Positions 1 to 12,870 of a stretch of 64,000 nt of DNA are shown here, in pieces (the first letter of the stretch is position 1; the number at the start of each line of letters is the position of its first letter). The position numbers and the translations under genes are program-made. The stretch spans positions 28,203,821-28,267,820 of the forward strand of contig NC_092379.1 in the NCBI RefSeq assembly GCF_030028105.1. The letters run 5' to 3'. The notes below the pieces were generated by a model, which did no database searches, was not told where the DNA came from, and was given only the letters and a program-made list of their open reading frames with translations. Source of the stretch: Mobula birostris (lineage: Eukaryota).

Positions 1-1329
1 TCACCTTCGGGCACTGCCGAGCGTCACTTTGCAAATAAGGTTGACATACAAAGAATTTGATCCACTTTTTACATACTTTGGCCGGTTGCGAGCTGACCTT
101 TCGAATCCTGCACCACGTTTAAGAGACTTTTTTGCTGTGTCACGGTTTTGATACTATTGGATGTCTCTTGTGGTTCGTTGCTTCAGACAGAGTTTGTTGT
201 ATTTTTATTCCGACAGTCCCTTTCCATTGTATGGTTACAGAATTACATAGCCGGGGAACGTTACTGAGAAGGTTGATTTCTCCTCGGTAACTTGTTTTTC
301 ACTGTGATAATCGACACTAATCTAAAACACTACTTTGATACCGGAGGTTAGTCTAGAATTGTACTGCAATATTCGAACACACTCCAGCTACCCTGCAACG
401 ACGCTTATTAAATTTAAGGTTGTAGTTTGTTCGAGATGTTGATTGTGATATATTATTTATTTTACTGTTACACGGGGGTCATCAAAGCACTGTGGTACGG
501 TTGCTTTTTTTAAAACAACTTTCCAAATAAAAAAAAAAGAACAATGATTTCAATGTAACTTATCAAGGAAATCGTGTCCATCCAGATATGTTCCGGAACA
601 GACAACAACGACAAAAATTGTTGCGGATTCCAACAGAGAATGTAAATCTCAAAGCGACGGATCAGACCAATGGTACGACATAACAGCAAAATATACATAA
701 CCATCCTTAGACTGACAATGTGTCACAATATATTTTGCACTGGACAAGAATTCGCTCTCAAATTCCACTAGCTCGATAGAGGGCGAAGTCATCAACATAA
801 ATATTGCTGGCAAGGCACTGTGGAAACAAACCCTAACGAATGTCTGAAGGCTTAATTGAATAGTTTTAAAATATCGAGTGTTCAGCACGAACGCAATGGC
901 ATTCTCTTATATATTTTATTTATGTTTTTGCTTTTTGATATTTTAACTATGCTCACACCATAATTTGATTACATGACTCCTGTGGTGTTTAACATCACGG
1001 AACATTCAGCCTCAAACATTACGTTACCACAGTGGTCAATAACAATAGATGAAATTTTGAAGGCGTGACCGATGAATAGACCAAATATTTTTGAAAGACG
1101 TGTTCATATTCTGATCAGACAAAACTTCCCATCAATATCAAAAGGACCCACAGTAACGTGATCTGACAAAACAACCATAATATCGCTGGGGATTTCAGTC
1201 AACGACTTGTAAACACACTTCTGATATATTTCATAAACATAATGACTCTCACATCGATCTTTACTATACCTCTTTCCACACATTCATTGGTAAAAAATGT
1301 CACCTTTTCTCATTGTTTCCCAGTCTCCT

Positions 1330-1660
1330 CCGTGTTCTCCTCTCAGTCTGATGCTTTCACTAAAAGCGAAAGAACATCTGAGATGACATCATTCTGTAAA
1401 GTACGGGGTTTCCCTTTCTCAAAAATTGATACATCCCTCGCACCCATCTACTCCATTTTGGATCGACCCATCGCCATGAGAGGGATTAATTTTCCATTGT
1501 ACTTACGAGACACAGCCAGCACATCACTCCACGTAACTTCTGCTATCGTCCACGAAATATATTTATAAGCACAACTTTCTCTCAACCTTTACAATGTTTG
1601 TGTTTTCTACAGGGATCACCCTCTCTGTGACTCTATTGTCATGCGCATCTGAATACGGGT
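1330..1660 (+). mobile_element. Degenerate Penelope-like element fragment (paralog ~54990-55300)
   Basis: Translation DAFTKSERTSEMTSFCKVRGFP...ID resembles the post-RT region of the better preserved Penelope copy at 25781-27025 (ETFRSRTSQITSFLKGLGFP). Confidence 0.45.
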
Positions 1661-2037
1661 CTCCATGCAGTCACTTATCTCTGCCAATGGAATATCTGAT
1701 GAAGTTACTCATTCACCCGCTCGCTTACCACCAATCATGGTCATGAAACAGTCTTTCCAGATGATTCAGTAGTTTATCTCCCTGTCGTTCGTGGGAATCT
1801 TTTTTTTTTCTGACTCTCCAGGTGCTGCCTAGCCTGACGCAATGACATCCAGCTAAGTTGGTAAGCTTCGTCGTGCATCTTCGCTCTGTCCCCTAAAACA
1901 AGTTCAAAGTTCAAAGAAAATTTACTAGCAACGTATAAACATGTCACCATAATATACCGTCAGATCATTTTCTTGGGCGCCTACTGTGGAAATTCATCAA
2001 CTGAAGTAAAGTCACTGAAATATGGCACCCAATAGTG

Positions 2038-2336
2038 NNNNNNNNNNNNNNNNNNNNNNNNNNNNNNNNNNNNNNNNNNNNNNNNNNNNNNNNNNNNNNN
2101 NNNNNNNNNNNNNNNNNNNNNNNNNNNNNNNNNNNNNNNNNNNNNNNNNNNNNNNNNNNNNNNNNNNNNNNNNNNNNNNNNNNNNNNNNNNNNNNNNNNN
2201 NNNNNNNNNNNNNNNNNNNNNNNNNNNNNNNNNNNNNNNNNNNNNNNNNNNNNNNNNNNNNNNNNNNNNNNNNNNNNNNNNNNNNNNNNNNNNNNNNNNN
2301 NNNNNNNNNNNNNNNNNNNNNNNNNNNNNNNNNNNN
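2038..2336. other. Assembly gap (299 N)
   Basis: Run of N in the sequence. Confidence 1.
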
Positions 2337-4864
2337 AACATGAAATGAATAAATCCCTGAAAGTGTGTAGATAGCTTGGAGCAAAGTTAAGTGATGGCCA
2401 AGTTATACCTCTCTGGCATAGTAGCCTGATGTTTGAGAGGTAAGGCATTTTCCTTAACCTGGAAACGTAAGTCCTGAGCCAGATTTACTTTCTGCTTGAT
2501 GGTGAATCGAATAGGGTGCTTCACCTAGGTGGTGGGAGTCAATGATGATGGATGCTGCTGTCCTGCGTCAACGATATGTGTAGCTATGCTCAATGATGTC
2601 TAATGCTTTACTGAAGATGAGCTTGGGTGTTTGAAGTACCGTTTATAGGATGTTCCGTTGAAAGACATTTGTTGTTTCCATATAATTCTCTGATGAAACC
2701 GATCAACATTATCTTAAGTAGAAGTTTGTTCATGTCAGATCCTATCTCCTCAAACTGAAGGAAGTAGAGGCGCTGCTTCCGAGGGGCAAGAAATTTAAAG
2801 TTGCTGATTCTCTCTACGTCTGACTCCCCTGATATATTCTGGTACACGTACCGCTGTTTTCCTCTACCTGAAATCAATATTCAGCTCCTTGGTCTCATTC
2901 ACAGTGAATAACATAGTATTGTCGTGACGTCATTCAGATTTCAATCTCCCTCCGCTCTACGTATTCGTTCAACTCTTGATTCGACAAAATATATCGTCAG
3001 CAAATGTAAATATAGCAGTTGAGTTAACGTTAGTCACATAGTCAGAAGTATAAAGTGAGTAAAGTAGAGCTGCAAAGCACACAGACATGTGGTGCAACTG
3101 TGCTGTTGGAGACTGTGTGTGAGATATTGCTGCCCGTCCGAACTGATTGGGTCTGCATGTGTGGAAATCGAGAAACCAATTACACAAGGAAGAACCGAGG
3201 CCTTGCAACCTATTGATTAGTTCTGAGGAGATAATAATATTGTATACCCGGCATATGCTTGAAGGAATTATATTAATTCCTTTCAACTTAACTAATTGGT
3301 TAGTAAAGAAAAAAACAACAAGAAAGGACACATTTTAATTAAAATGTCAAATGTTCACAGGTCGGAACTCAGCGTTTCTCCATGTTCAGCAATCCTCAAT
3401 CGATCATCGCTCCTGACATCATCGAATCACGGTCCCGCACCGGGAGGAATCATACGACCTGTTCTCTCCAGAGTCTTCTCTCTTCATCCCCCGCCAAACC
3501 AAAGCCCCAGGCCGAATGTTAGTGTCTCTCTCTAGATAAATCTCCTCTCAGTTCTATCATCCTAACTGGATGCAACAGATTCCTCTTCTTGCTTTGTCAT
3601 CACAAGTAACTGAAACATGCTGAAAGCAGAACAGACTGCTTTTACAGAACCGCTAAATAAAATTCATACAGCATAACCGTTAAAAAAATGAACCACGACA
3701 TCATACTAACCCCCCCCACAAAAAAAAACTCATGTCTTCATAACTTCGAAATAATTTGTCATGCCATCGTTAATAACACTGTTTTCAAAGGAATTTTGAA
3801 AATGGTCAAAATCGCCAATGCATTTGTAAATGTACTGACATATCTCTCTGGTAGAATAGTTGTAACACTCTGCCCGCGGCTACAAAGGCCATACTATCTG
3901 GGGGTCTTCTGACAGTCTGAGACCTCCTTATTCCATCATCTACTTCTTCAGTTTCAGAAAATCTTGGGGGTACTACGAGTCTACCTGGCGAGGCTTCACC
4001 CAATCAATTATTTGCGCCTTCTGGCAATTCCGGCCGCTCAGGCACTTGGTTGAGCTCACCTTCATTTCCAGTTACTTCAGAGCCCAGATCGACTGCATGG
4101 TGCAGCTGCAGAACTGACTGACCGCTGTTGATGCACACGATTTGAACTGTCTCTAACTGTGAAGAGTTGGAACTCTCTTACTCATTTATTGGCCATTTAT
4201 CAGAAGGCAGCATGTACTACACCGTCATTTCCTCATCATTCGAGTCTGCATCGCATTTTGAAGGGTGTGGAGAGGGCGGCGTAATCCTTTTGCTGCTGGG
4301 TCTTCAATCTCCCGACGTCGCCACAGAGCCCACATACTAGCTGAAAGGTTCAAGTCTGGCTTTGGGTCAACACGGATCTCTTGTCCTACCTCTTCACATT
4401 TCACATCACTTCTCACTCGAAAAGGCTCCGAGATACTAAAATAATATTTACTACCTTTTCTTTATGTCATACTATTTCTTCCTTCGGTATAATTTTGCGA
4501 CAGGCTTTCTATTTCAAATTTCCTTTTAGATTAAAAGTTCTATATTTTTTTTACGTCTTGAATGTTGAGCATCGATTTCAGTATATGGACAGAGAGAAAC
4601 AATGAAATTATTGTCTTCTGAAGTATCCATACTAAACATTTCAGTAAAGGACCACAAAATACCAGATACACGATATTATTCAGTGGGAGTGTGCTGCCTC
4701 AGAGGGTACAAGTCTTTGAAATGTACAGCTCGCCTGACTGGAAGTGAGAGTAACTGTCGATTTAAGAAACGCCTTGGAATATTCCTGCATCGTCTCACCT
4801 TCCAGGGGTAGTTTAATCATTTTTGCAGTGACATTATTAGACGCAGTATATGCTGAATTGTTTT

Positions 4865-5146
4865 GATAGAATGCAGAAGTCGGCTGAGAAGTGGCAGATG
4901 GAGATCAACCCGGAGAAGTGTGAGGTGGTACACTTTGGAAGGACAAACTCCAGGGAAGAGTACAAAGTAAATGGCAGGATACTTGGTAGAGTGGAGGAGC
5001 AGAGGTGTCTAGGGGTACAAGTCCATAGATCCCTGAAAGTTGCCTCACAGGTAGATCGGGTAGTTAAGTAAGCTTATGGGGTGTTAGTTTTCATAAGTCA
5101 AGGGTTAGAGTTTAAGAGTCGAATTAGGGTGGCATTAATGCAGATC
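4865..5146 (+). mobile_element. 5'-truncated CR1 LINE RT fragment, left part (continues 10901-11412; its 3' tail lies inverted at 21538-21580)
   Basis: ORF 4850..5071 WQMEINPEKCEVVHFGRTN...EQRCLGVQVHRSLKVASQVDRVVK is a CR1-type RT C-terminus. The same element is contiguous in the paralog at ~59800-60610. Confidence 0.85.
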
Positions 5147-5651
5147 GTTTTTTTTTTATTTTATTTTTATTTGGATAAGGAATTCACAAATATCATGTAC
5201 TTTTTTCACACATATAACCTTTTCCATTTTTATATGTATAAAACTATAATTATGTATAAATTCTTAAGTACACATTGAGATCATATAAAAGGAAATTAGA
5301 CACTTAAATAGATAATTATGTGCTGTGGTAATTCTAATCTATTAGACTAAGTAATGGTATTAGTTGTTAAGAAAAATGGTAATAATAGTTTCCATATAAC
5401 TCTTCTGGACCATTTCCACTTGTCCAAAATGTTGTATATAAACCTATGTAACAACCATTGTAGGTGTTTATATCCTAATTTGTTCATGTTTGCTCCTACC
5501 CGCAGACATAATTATCCAATCCCTATGTACTTATTTACTTATATTTTTTTATCCCTTTCCCAAATCTTTCCCTTTACTTGTTAGACTAGGGGTGCTTACG
5601 TTAACAATATGACTGTGTTGATGAGAAGAGCAGTATAAATCATTAGGACAG

Positions 5652-8600
5652 TCATCTAAAGTCTGCTCGCATTGGGGTTATATATTCAATCCATTTATTC
5701 CAGATTTGATAAAATGTTTCTGTTTGAATTCTCAGGGAGTAAGTCAACTTTTCCATTTTAAATATTTCCAAGATAATTTCGTGCCAATCTTCTAATGTAG
5801 GTGGTATTGGATTTAGCCACTCTCTAGTGATTGATTTATTACTTCCCGCTAAGAGGGCCTGCAGCAACTTTATATCTTCCTTCTGTTCAAGGAACAATAC
5901 ATGCCCCAAATAGAGCGTCTCAATGTTCAGAGGTATCTGGGACCTAAGTACCTTAACTAATGTTCTATGAATACCTTCCCAATATAGACTTAATTTAGGG
6001 CAATCCCAGAAAATATGAAAATGATTTGCCTCCTTGGAGTCGCACCTTCTCCAACACGTCACGTCTGTATCTTTATATTTTTCCTGATATGGGGTCTTGA
6101 AGTATCTTATAATGTTTCTCCAACAATGCTCTCTCCAAATCAAAGAATTAGTCGAGGACCATTGAAAGCTGCAGATTTTCCCTCAAGCCTCCTCTGAAAG
6201 TACCAACCCCGCTTCTTTCTCCCACTTCTCTTTAATATACAGTGTATTTACATTTTTAGCATGGGAGAGTGCATTATATAATCCAGAAACTGATTTACTA
6301 GGTATTGAACTGCAAGCTGAATTCAGAATCTTGAAAAATTCTAATCCTACTGTTGATAGGTCTGTATACCTACAACTCTGGTTAACATAGTTTCGTACTT
6401 GAAGGTACGTAAAAAGTCATTATGTTCTAGGCCATGTTTCTCCTGCAGGATTTGGAAACTTTGTAATACTCTTTTATCTATAAATGAGAGGTAGGTTGTA
6501 AGACCTTTCTTTATCCATAGCTCAAATCTTTTATTTCCTCTGTTGGGAAGGAATTCAGTATCATATGTACACCATCTAAAGAGTTTTAACATGTTATTAA
6601 TTCCACATGAATTAACTACCTTCTGCCATACTTTTAATGTAAGATTTATCCAACTGTTTTTAAATTTTACCAACTGGGCCATCAATCCTTTGTCAGCTAT
6701 TGAGGCCTGTAGAGGAAAGCTGTCAACTAATCCAAATTCTATTTCCTTCCATCTAGCCTTATATTCCCTATTACACCAATATAACAGAGGGGTTATCTGT
6801 GAGGCATAAAAATAATTTCTCAGGCAAGGAAGAACCATACCTCCTCCTCCCTAACTGTAAGGTGTTATATCGAATTCTAAGTTTCTTTCTTTGCCAAATG
6901 AAGCGGGAAATCCATTTGTCCCATTCCCTGAATTGATTATCATCCACCTCCACCGGTAAAGTACGGAAAAGATACAATAACCGAGGAAGAATATTCATTT
7001 TTATAGTATTTATCCTTGAATTTAAACTTAAAAAGGGGATAAGATTCCATCTATGCATATCTGCTTTTGTCTCTGAGATTAATGGCCCATAATTTACCTG
7101 TGACAGTGTTGAAAGATCTTTCGGCAGGGTTTTTCCTAAACATTTTAATGATTTAGCTTCCCACTTAAGATCGTATGTATCCTGCAATTTTTTGGATGGT
7201 GTATAATTTAGGGACATAACCTGCGTTTTCTTTACATTTATTTTATAACCTGATCTTTTCCCAAAGTCATCCAACAGTGTAAACAATCCTATAAATGATT
7301 TTTCTGGTTCACTCGGATAGACCAAAACATCATCTGTGAATAATGCCACTTTCTGTTCAATCCCTGCCACCTTGATACATTTTACGAATTCGCTCTGTCT
7401 TATTAGTTGGGCAAGCGGTTCAATACATAGCGCAAAAAGGAGAGGAGAAATTGGGTATCCCTGTCTAGTGCCTCTCTCTAAGATGAAGGAATCAGAGAGG
7501 TCCCCATTTATCTTAATTCGGGCTGTAGGGCTTTCATATAGAGTCTGAATTACTTTAATAAACTTTTCTTGAAAGCCAAATCTTCCTAACACTCTGTATA
7601 GGAATGCCCAACTAACCGAATCAAAAGCTTTCTCAGCGTCCAATCCTACTACCATTGTCTCTGTCTCGTTCTTATTAACCTGTTCTAATATGTGCAGAGC
7701 TCTCCTTATGTTGTCCTGTGTCTGTCTTTGTTGAATAAATCCAGTCTGGTCTAAGTGGATTAGGCCAGGTAAAAGCTTTTCCAATCTGCGCGCTAATATA
7801 GATGTAAATAGTTTGTAATCTAAATTAAGAACACTAATTGGCCAATAATTGCCACATTCTAGTTTATCTTTACCCTCTTTAGGAATAACTGAAATAATCG
7901 CTTCTCTCCAGGAAGGTGGAGTTTCTCCTCTCTGAAAGATCCAATTAAAGGTGTTAAGTAGTAATGGGGCTAACTGTGTCTTCAGGGACTTGTACCACTC
8001 TGAGGCAAACCCATCAGAAACCGGGAACTTTCCAGCCTTTAACCTACAGATATCCACGTTCAGTTCTTTGACAGTTACTGGTTCTAGTAAACTTTCATTT
8101 TGTAAATCTGTAAGTTTAGGTAGATCTAAAAAAATCAATACACTGTCTATATAGGGCTCATTGGGGACCCGGGGTTGGGAGTACAGCTCTCGATAATATG
8201 TTTCAAAACTCTCTTGAATTTTCCCTATTGTACTCTCCACAAGCTTTGTCTTTGGATTCTTTATTTTATGAATTGTATTGTCTGCTTGTTGTTTTCGTAA
8301 TTTATATGCTAATAATCTAGCTGATTTACCTCCTACTTCATAATTCTTTTGTCTCAGGTAAAGAAAATTTCTTTGAATTTCCAATGTATAAATATCGTCA
8401 ATTTCACTTTGCAATTTCCTAATTTCCTGTTTTCGATTTGAATAACTTTTGTTGCTATATACAACTTGAAGTTGCTTTAATTTTCCTTGAAGGTCTGCTA
8501 ATTTTTGTGCATTGATTTTTTTTTCATGTGAGTGGTAATGGAAATAATTTTCCCTCTCAGTACAGCTTTCAATGTATCCCATAAGATCACTGGTGATGTT

Positions 8601-9420
8601 TCTCCCGTGTCATTAAGGTCTAGATATTCTTTGATTTCTCCCCTTAATCTCTCCATTACTTTCGGGTTATTGAGAAGATGTGAGTTTAGCCTCCATAGTG
8701 TTTTCCTTATTTTCCTTTCCAGGGTTAGAGACATAGAGACTGGGCTATGATCCGACAGATCAATTGTTGCAATATTACAGTGTTTTTATCCTGAGACTAT
8801 CTGTATTAAAGATAAAGAAATAATCTATCCTTGAATAGGCTGAATGAGGGAAAGAGTAATGTGTAGGAAGTAATTCCCTCCAGACATCTATAATTCTCAA
8901 CTCCTCCATCAATGAATTGATTTTCCGAGTCAGAGGTTTATTCTGAGTAACTATTCTTGAAGAATCTAATACAGGATTTAATCTAATATTAAAATCCCCT
9001 CCACAAATTACTACCCCTTGAGAACTGACCATTAGGTCAAAAATGCGTCTATAAAATAACTATTCACAACCTGGAGGAGCATAAACATTCAGCAATGTTA
9101 TTTTTGTACCTTCTATTCTTCCTGTGATTTTTACAAACCGTCCTTCTTTGTCTTTAGTCTCTGAAATATGTTCATAATTAAGAGTACTTGATATTAAAGT
9201 AGCTACCCCTCTTTTGTGACTCAATTTATATGATGAATAAAATACATGCTTAAAGCCCATTCTTTTTAATTTTCCATGTTCAGCTTGGCTCATATGTGTT
9301 TTCTGGAGGAAAGCTATTTGTGCCCTCTCTTTTTTTCAATTTAGACATAATCGTATTTCTTTTAATTGTATTCAAAACCCCATTAATATTATAGGAAATT
9401 ATTTTTACCCATTCAGTTTG
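5652..9420 (-). pseudogene. L1 ORF2 (APE endonuclease, RT, C-terminal Cys-rich region), broken by frameshifts and stops
   Basis: ORF pieces 9060..9293 (LLNVYAPP), 8775..9032 (GGDFN...SRIDYFF), 8498..8734, 6771..8582 (WPISVLNLDYK, LDAEKAFDSV, GTRQGYPISPLLF, FTDDVL), 6347..6838 and 5652..6143 (CWRRC...HIFWDCP). Confidence 0.92.
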
Positions 9421-9890
9421 CATTTTTCTCTAGTAGAAAAAAAACACTCTCCTTTTCTAACCAAACAGTAAGCAATCCCTTCTCAACAGTAAACCAAGAC
9501 ATATAACCACACCCTAGACATTTTTGAGCGTGTAACGTTTGAATTTTTTTCCCGACTTCCCACAGTGAGGCCTGAGCACCGACCTGCCTCAGTTCAGAGG
9601 GATAACCTCTATCTTCACCCTGTGTTAGAGGGCCCTCAGCAATTTGAATAATCATAGAGAATTTTCGCCTATTTATGTCTCGACCAAATTGCTATCATTC
9701 AAGTTATTCCGCCTAGTTTATTTTCATTTACCAGTTTTCATTTTACCTTTAAGTCCGATTTACTCTTTTCAGTCATTTCTCTTAATTAATCTGTATTCTC
9801 TGTACGTTCGCGTCTAAATATTTGCAGCTTTTCCTTGTAGTTTGATACTCTGGTTCGAGTGGAGCGTCCTCAGCTTACTAACTGCCACGA

Positions 9891-10773
9891 CTACTGCCGA
9901 ATCCTCTCCAGTAGCGACTCCGGTTGGGTAATAACTTTAATAGGTAGTCCCCGGTCCGCCAAGTCCGACGTTGTCTCCTCCACCGTAGCGTAAGTTTTTG
10001 TCCCTTCGTCGTAAAAGACTCTCAGCCAAGCTGGATACAGGGTCTGGAATCTGATGTTGTTTTCCTTCAGGACTCTCCGTGTTTCCGTATATTCCTTTCG
10101 TCTGGCAAGAATCCCCGGTGCGTAGTCGTGGTCTAAACTGATTTTGCAGTTGTTACACATGAAACCTTTATTTTGCCATGCCCTTTTAAGCACCTCTTCC
10201 TTCGTTCTGTAAGTGAGAAATCTGACCAGAATCGATCTGGGCTGGGCGCCTGCCGGGGGCTGTGGTGCCAACGCGCGGTGAGCTCTTTCTATCTGTAGGT
10301 CTTTTGCGGCCGGTATATCAAGGTTCTCTCTAAACAGCTTCTCTATGAAGGGAATCATCAATCCGGGTTTACCTTCGGTTCCTTCGGGAACTCCGTAAAT
10401 CCTCACATTTTCCCTTCTTGAACGGCCTTCTTGATCTATTAGTTTCCACTGGAGCTGCTCTTGCAGCTTCAGCATTTCTGCTATCACCTCCTCTGCGTTT
10501 TGTAGCTTCTCTTCAATTCCAACAATCCTCGCTTCGGCTTCATCTATCCGCGAGTTAGTTTTTACTATTTCTCCTTTAATATCTTCCAGCTGTTTGCTGT
10601 TATCTTGTCGGAACTCGCGAATCTCTCCGAGAATTAAAGACAGAGTCACCGATTTCCCCCTCATTATCTCCGTCCTGGCTTGCCGTGGGGGAGCTAGGCC
10701 CGTCGCCTTGCTGCTTCTCTTTATGTTTATCAGCCTTCGGAGCGGACGTTTTAATCTTGTTCTTAGACATCAT
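9891..10773 (-). pseudogene. L1 ORF1p (coiled coil plus RRM-like domain) with a frameshift near 10660
   Basis: ORF 9891..10664 contains RIDEAEARI...LIDQEGRSRRENVRIYGVPEG...IERAHRAL...RSILVRF. The N-terminus MSKNKIK lies in another frame (ORF 10600..10797). Confidence 0.9.
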
Positions 10774-10900
10774 CCTTTTATTAATATAGTTATGCAATAT
10801 TAAGTATTTGTCTAAATTCGATTTTGGGGCAGTTTACCTTCTTTTTTGTCGAGAGACCTTTTCCTTACGCCGCCACTCCCTTGATGACCCGGAAGTCATC

Positions 10901-11412
10901 GGCATTAATGCAGATCTAAAAATTTCTGGTTAGGCCACACTTGGAGTACTGTGTCCAGTTCTGTTCGCCTCACAAAAGGAAGGATGTGGAAGCATTGGAA
11001 AGGGCACGGAGCAGATTACCAGGATGCTGCCTGGTTTTGAGGGTATGGATTATGATCAGAGATTGATGAAGCTAGGGCATTATTCTTTGTTGAAAAGGAG
11101 GATGAGAGGAGACAGGATAGAGGCATACAGTTATCAGGAGGATTAAATAGAGTGGACAGCCAGCGCCTCTTCCCTGGGGCACCACTATAGAGAACAAGAA
11201 GATATGCCTTTAAGGTAAGGGTTGGGAAGTTCAAGGGGTATATTAGAGGAAGTTTTTTTTTACTCAGAGACTGGTTGGTGCGTGGAATGCACTGCCTGAC
11301 TCAGTGGTGGAGGGCAGATACACCAGTGAAATTTAGGAGGCTGCCGGACAGGTATATGGAGGAATCTAAGGTGGGAGGTAGGGTGTAAGGGTCGGCACAA
11401 CATTGTGGGCCG
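10901..11412 (+). repeat. Segmental duplication block B / CR1 3' region (matches 60051-60560)
   Basis: Direct match from ggcattaatgcagat to cacaacattgtgggccg. Confidence 0.93.
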
Positions 11413-11589
11413 GGAATCTCCCCTGCCCAATTCGCCTGTTATACTTCGCTCATCCTGAGACCAGAGCCTTGAATGGGTATATCTCCGATGCGCTACGGAA
11501 TGTCGACATTCAAAAATCCCAGTCCTCAGCCCCGATGAAGAGTCCTTATGTGTAAGAAAAGAGAATAAATTGTGGCGTTCATCCATGCA

Positions 11590-12870
11590 TTCACTACTGT
11601 AGACTTTACAAACTCAATATTAAGAATGCCAATCTGTCCACTTGATGGATCGTGCATTAAAACACTCCCAGTGATCGGATCTTCACCAGACTGGTCCTAT
11701 AGACCGCTAGGGAGATGAGTGGAAGACGGCGTTCATAACACCATCTGGCTTCCAGGAACACTCGGTGATTCATATCCGACTTCACTGTTATTGAGTCAAA
11801 ATAATCTAAGGAGCAGACGAGAGCATGGAAACCGTTTCTACTTAGCGTTTTCTTTTTATGGCGCGGCCTAATGACTTTTGCCGCTCATGCACTTAAGTTT
11901 ATGAAACATGTAATCAGTTATGTAACCATACAAATAATGCTTTCTCAAACAATATATTTAAACTATTAACATCCACAGCACAGTGAAGTTTGAATTGCTC
12001 CATTCAGACTCGTAGGTTCACTGTCTCTGGATAATTCTCTTTACCTGTGGGATATCTTCTTTCTTGTCAGGGGTAGTGGGAGTATAATTCTAACTGACAG
12101 GTGAAATTTGTTGCAATAAACCAATATCAGACTGGGGGCCGCCAACTTTGGGGTCGTAGGAATTGAGTCTGGGAATCTACAAGGCTTTTCTGACTTCTCT
12201 GGAGTTCTTTCTTCTCATCGATTGATTCTAATGTCCCCAACTGTTCAATGTGTTGTCTCCGGAGGATATAGAACATAATCTCTACTCTGCAGGGTAGTGA
12301 TCCAGTTCTGCCCTTAATCTTTTCAAACACTTGCTTTTGGTTTGCAGCATATTTCCTCGCCAGAACTATTTGCCTCAAACTGAAACATTGTGCTCCTTGT
12401 TTGAGAAGTTTTCAGTTTGTCTCAGCTGTTTGTCTCTGTACCCGTACCGCTACCCACAGTGAAACATGCTTATCTGGATCTAGAATAGACATAAGTGATT
12501 GATGATCATTAATGAAGGTAAACTGGTTCCCAACCCAGTGCTGGTTAAAAAGTTTTACACTCCAAACTAGGGATGGTGCAATGGAACGGAAATGCAATGT
12601 ATAACTAGTGTGTGAAATATTCAGTTGATACTATTTTACTCTTGATCTGCTGGAAAATTTCTGAAATATACTCAACACTGCTGTGGCATTATCCAGTACT
12701 TTTATTACTTCACTTTCAGGTGACATTGCAGGGATTTGCAAACAAACGCTGGATGCATCTCCAATCAAGTTGTAGTCCTCTCAGCCAGCGACCCACATTG
12801 CTGGTCTTGTTGACTGTTGCATTTTCCATTACTAATGTCATTCCTACAGTAATCATCTGTTTTCCACAAT
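11590..12870 (-). mobile_element. Degenerate Gypsy-type pol (RNase H/integrase) fragments
   Basis: ORF 12412..12597 GNQFTFINDHQSLMSILDP...VRVQR resembles the RNase H motif F-x-L-x-TDHKPL...RLQRW. The sequence is heavily decayed. Confidence 0.5.

Larger units (their letters stand above)
2..5146 (+). repeat. Segmental duplication, copy 1, block A (direct match to 53641-60066)
   Basis: Position 2 (caccttcggg...) aligns with 53641 (caccttcggt...), offset 53639. There are 8 mismatches in the first 60 nt, and the blocks are colinear including the assembly gap. Confidence 0.97.
5147..10900 (-). mobile_element. Full-length L1/Tx1-clade LINE (5754 bp) with 16-bp TSD
   Basis: TSD GGCATTAATGCAGATC at 5131-5146 and 10901-10916. 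The poly(A) tail reads as a T-run at 5148+. ORF1 and ORF2 are recognisable, and the empty site is in the paralog at ~60051-60066. Confidence 0.96.

Noticed and set aside
1965-2448. ORFs spanning the N runs (also 55605-56296)
   Set aside because: Artefacts of translating gaps.
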